A stretch of DNA of 64,000 bases. Source: Azolla caroliniana (taxonomy: Eukaryota; Plantae; Polypodiophyta). The number at the start of each line of letters is the position of its first letter. The stretch's first letter is position 1. The stretch covers positions 16,492,001 through 16,556,000 of the forward strand of contig JBHGNT010000014.1 in assembly GCA_043228905.1 (NCBI GenBank), written 5' to 3'. The translations under genes were made by a program, and so were the position numbers. A model generated the notes under the pieces. The model worked only from the letters and a program-made list of their open reading frames with translations. It did not search any database and had not been told where the DNA came from. Shown one piece after another: positions 60,194 to 64,000 of the stretch.

Positions 60194-62998
60194 CCGGAAT
60201 AGTATGTCTTCGTCGCATGTATTAGTTTCGACCTTCCGTTCTTCACTATCACCTCCCGTCTCTTGGGTCTTACATCGGTTCTCAGACGCAATTGCCCAAG
60301 TCTTTGGAACAAGTGTGGAGAAAATTTGGCCGTCGTCATTGTTTGTATTATCTTGGTCCTTCTCTTTCTTTTCGCCACCATCCATCTCTTGGGTCTCACG
60401 TTGGTTCCCAGACGCAACTGCCCAAGTCTCTAGATGAAGTGTTAGGAAAGTCTCCACATGACCATCCACCATCGACTCATTCATAGTAGGAATCGGCAAC
60501 GGCTCGGCTCAAGCCTAAACCGTTTAGATAAACCGGTTTAGACCGGTTTGGCGGTTTGGCGGCTCGGCTCGACTCGGCTTAGGTTTGAGTCGGGTTAAAC
60601 GGTTTGAGCTCGGCTCGGCTCGGCTCAAGTTGTGCTAAACCGGCTCAAACCGGCTAAGCCGATTATTAAAATTAGGTCACAGTAAAAGTTAAAACACTTA
60701 AAAAGTTAAAACACTTAAAAAGGTTAAAGTCTACAGTCTTAAGACTTAAGTCTTACACTACGACTCACAATCTACAGTCTACAGAGATCAGAGAGAGAGA
60801 GGCCAAAACTTCAAATTAATATTCGTTTCCTTCTTGGTTCCTTTCTGCGATCCATCCATATCCACTTTTTCTGGATGCCACAATACCTTTAGCACCTTGT
60901 TATCAGATTCTGCCAAACTGTGTGAAACAAACTACCCTATTTGGCATACAAAAGTGCTATGCTGATAGGCAATGATATCTGTAATTGTCTTAAAAATGGA
61001 TAAAATACTGTGAAGCCCACTAATTTTGTTTAATATCCATCCTGGGAAGAAACCACAAAATGTACTACTTCTTGTTCTCAACATTGCCAACATTGTTCTC
61101 CAATAGTGTGCCAATATGACATGCGCATGGTGTATGACAGTCATTCAATGACTGGTACCATATCAAATCCTATGCTCGGGTCCTCGTGGGAAAGGGAATT
61201 ATGGGACATTCATTACTCACAATAAAGCTTTGGCAGTGGTCTAGCTTGTAAATTGCTAGAACTATGAGACAACATCGTTGTAGTGGTGGAGGATTTGACT
61301 TGAAGAGAATGATCAACATAATGGTACTTAACAATTTGTACTTAATTGCAGAGGATGATGTTATTGAATACTTGTATTTGGACAAGTGAAAATGGTTGGA
61401 ATATAACCAACTCGAACAACTAATGATTTCTTACACTTTTTGAATAGTAAACATTTACATTTTCTCATTGTAAGTTTTCTAGTCTTTTTTAAACTATGAG
61501 ACATTTGTCTTGTTTTTCTTTAAATTCTTTTTCATTGATTTTGTTTTCATGCTATTGTTGGTACTAAAGAGACATTTTGATCCTTGCAAACTGTTTCAAT
61601 CGTCCTTAAATTCACTAATTGTTCAGTGTTTTACTTGTTTTTATCGGTCTTCATCAAGTCTTTAGTGTTTTACTTGTTCACTAATTGTTCAGTGTTTTAC
61701 TTGTTTAGGGTTAGGAGGATTTAACATATATTTCAATTTGTCAAGTTACAATAATCCAAACCGCTTCCCAAACCGCTTTCCAAACCGTTTCCTAAACCAG
61801 TTTAGACTAAACCGGTTTAGCCTAAACCAGTTTAGGGACTGGTTCGGTTCGGTTTGGTTCAAGTTTGAGAACCATTAAACGGTTTAGGCTTAGCCGGTTT
61901 GGCTTGGATAAGGCCAAACCGGCTAAGCCTAAACCGAGCCGTTGCCGATTCCTAATTCATAGCCATCTCCGACTCAATGTTGTTTTTTGTGGCTATTTCT
62001 TCAATCTCATGGGCCTCACACCCATTGACCCTCTTGATCGAACAAGCTTCGATCATGCTTCTCTCTTCGTCGCATGTATTCGTTTCAACCTCCGGCTCCT
62101 CGCCGACACCTTCCATCTCTTGGGTCTCACGTTGGTTCTTTGACACAACTGCGCAAGTCTCCGGAGCATGTGTGGAGAAAATCCGGTCGTGATCGTTGTC
62201 GACGCTTATTGTCTTGTTCATAGCCGCCTCCTCGATCTTGATTTCAGTGGCAAGATCCTTCATCATGTTGATCTCACACTCTTTATCTCCCTTAATGCAA
62301 GTTTCGATTTGGCTTGCTCCATCATCCGTTGTTTCAAACACGACGCATGTTTTGAAACATTCAACCTCTGAAATGGCCGTCGTCGTCCTCAAGTTATCAT
62401 CAATCTTCTTTTCATTTAGGTTGTTTTGTTTAGACGGCTCGACTTCTTTAGATGGTCTCGTTTTCTCTATGATCGGCCTTACCAAGTCAATACCATCAAG
62501 CCATTGATGATGCCTGTCGATCTTGTTGTATGCTTGCCTCATCGCAACCCAGTCCGCCACAAGGTCGTTTGCTTGGGTATCATCTTCGAGGAGAGTCCCC
62601 AACTCTCGTCTATCCTTCATGTCCACGGCTTTTAAGAAGTACAAAGTCTTGTCCTCCTCCAACAACACTTGGTCCATGTTGGGGAGATGACTAAACATTT
62701 TGTCAAACTCGTCGTACACCCTCGAGGTGCTCATCTTCTTATTCTTCTTTTCTATGCACTTCATCAAGGCATGTCGAGTCATCCTCGACAAATCTTCCGT
62801 CATAAACTCTACTAATATCGCTTTCTCGAACTCCGACCACGTTGTCTTCCCTTCTTGAAGCTCGATGACGCTCCTTTGGGTGTTGTTGGCGACCACTCTC
62901 TTGAAACTTGTGATTTGACGTGCTTCAAACACGTCCCTCTGATTCATCTCCCTTTTATGCATCAAGGAACTTCGTAATGTTCCTTCCGTCAAATTGAC
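60194..62998 (-). mobile_element. Gypsy-F: gag-derived ORF of the B/C-type lineage with a repetitive C-terminal extension, split by a hAT insertion
   Basis: ORF 61952-62992 aligns by eye with Gypsy-B gag (TTWSEFEKAIL..SRMTRHALM..DMKDRRELG..DW). After removing the 1476-bp hAT plus one TSD it continues in frame as 60173-60486. Confidence 0.75.
60487..61954. mobile_element. Non-autonomous hAT-superfamily DNA transposon (1468 bp)
   Basis: 21-bp perfect TIR TAGGAATCGGCAACGGCTCGG; 8-bp TSD ATTCATAG on both sides; dense AAACCG/CGGTTT subterminal repeats; no transposase ORF. Confidence 0.92.
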
Positions 62999-64000
62999 TG
63001 TAAAAGGTAACGTGCGGAAGCAAGTATGAAGACCGAACAGAAGGAAGAAAACTCAGGTTTAATGGAGAGCTTGAGCTTACGCAGTATACGCGGGAGAGAC
63101 AGAGAGAGTGAGAGAAAACACAAGAGCTATATTCAACAAAAAATCTCGATTCACTACTCTCTATACATATGTGTGTTCCATGAACACTTTTATACAAGTC
63201 CTCGAAGGACTGACTGAAGTACTGACCGTACTTCAATGCTCTTTAAGAGCTCCTATACTAACTCCCAAATATATTCCTCACGGAATATCTTTCCTAACGG
63301 CCTCCCGGTTTACGAACTCGGCCTAACCGATCGGTCCCAACCGATCCGGTCCTCGGCTTCTTCAGCCGATCCGGCCGATGTTGAGCTTGTCTCTCAACAC
63401 TCCCCCTCAAGCTCAACTCGAGGCTCTTCGGGATCCTCGGGCTCATAGCTCCGGTTCCTCCTGGCTTCACGCCTCGTTCGCGCTCCTCAACCTGTTCGAC
63501 TCCGCGCGCTTCGACCCTTCCGGTCGGCTTGTATACTCATGCGGCCCTTATCAACTCCTGCTGCCTTTTCTTCGGCTTGGGCCTCGGTTGATTCAGCGTA
63601 TCTGAATGAAACAACCGAACCGACTCGGCTACCTCCGATCGGTTTTCGCTCTCGTCCGAGTTGGCTGTCTCCAACTCGTCTTCGGACTTCTCGCCCTCGG
63701 TGGCGTTATCTTCCCCATGCGTGGTTGGCTTCGGCTCTCTCCTTCGGCTGCTCCCCTTCTGTCCGCTTTCGGACTTTTCCGCGGGTCCGCCCTCGGCTTC
63801 TTCAGCCGATCCGAAGTCGAACTCGACAACCGAGTTAACAACCGAGTCAACCGACTCGGTGTCGTGGCCTCCGCTCCTTTCCTGCTGCTTTGCTTGGTCG
63901 TTCAGGATTGTTCTCCCCCTCAAGTTTGGCACGTTGAGGTGACGCAATCCGAGCGCACCAGAGAATTGCCGCAACCCTTCCAGACCAAGAGGCTTTGTGA
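62999..64000 (-). mobile_element. Copia-D: 3' end (RNase H tail, C-terminal extension, PPT, 3' LTR 62999-63399); continues beyond the window
   Basis: TKPLGLEGLRQFSGALG RNase H end; PPT TTGAGGGGGAG; LTR TGTTGAGAGACAAGCTCAAC...TTTTACA, with termini like Copia-A and Copia-B. Confidence 0.85.

Overview
Eukaryotic land-plant nuclear DNA. Microsatellite content and retroelement types suggest a seed-free plant such as a fern, but that is inference. Positions 1-25 kb are a gene island: a 4-exon class III peroxidase (-), tRNA-Thr(AGT) (+), a LOG2/LUL-type RING E3 ligase (+), an exostosin/GT47 glycosyltransferase (+) and Cullin-3 (-, with a GC-AG intron). From ~25.3 kb to the end is a continuous nest of LTR retrotransposons at least six layers deep. 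It includes one very young intact Copia (36312-41773), several tRNA-Trp-primed Ty3/Gypsy families, solo LTRs and a non-autonomous hAT element. Two observations stand out. (1) Two divergent Trp-primed Gypsy families share a -1 ribosomal frameshift cassette (G/A-GAU-UUU, 6-nt spacer, H-type pseudoknot) placed between protease and RT. (2) A third family carries a tRNA-like A-box/B-box module in its LTRs and sits at ACGCGC sites in both insertions seen. All calls were made by eye, without database searches.
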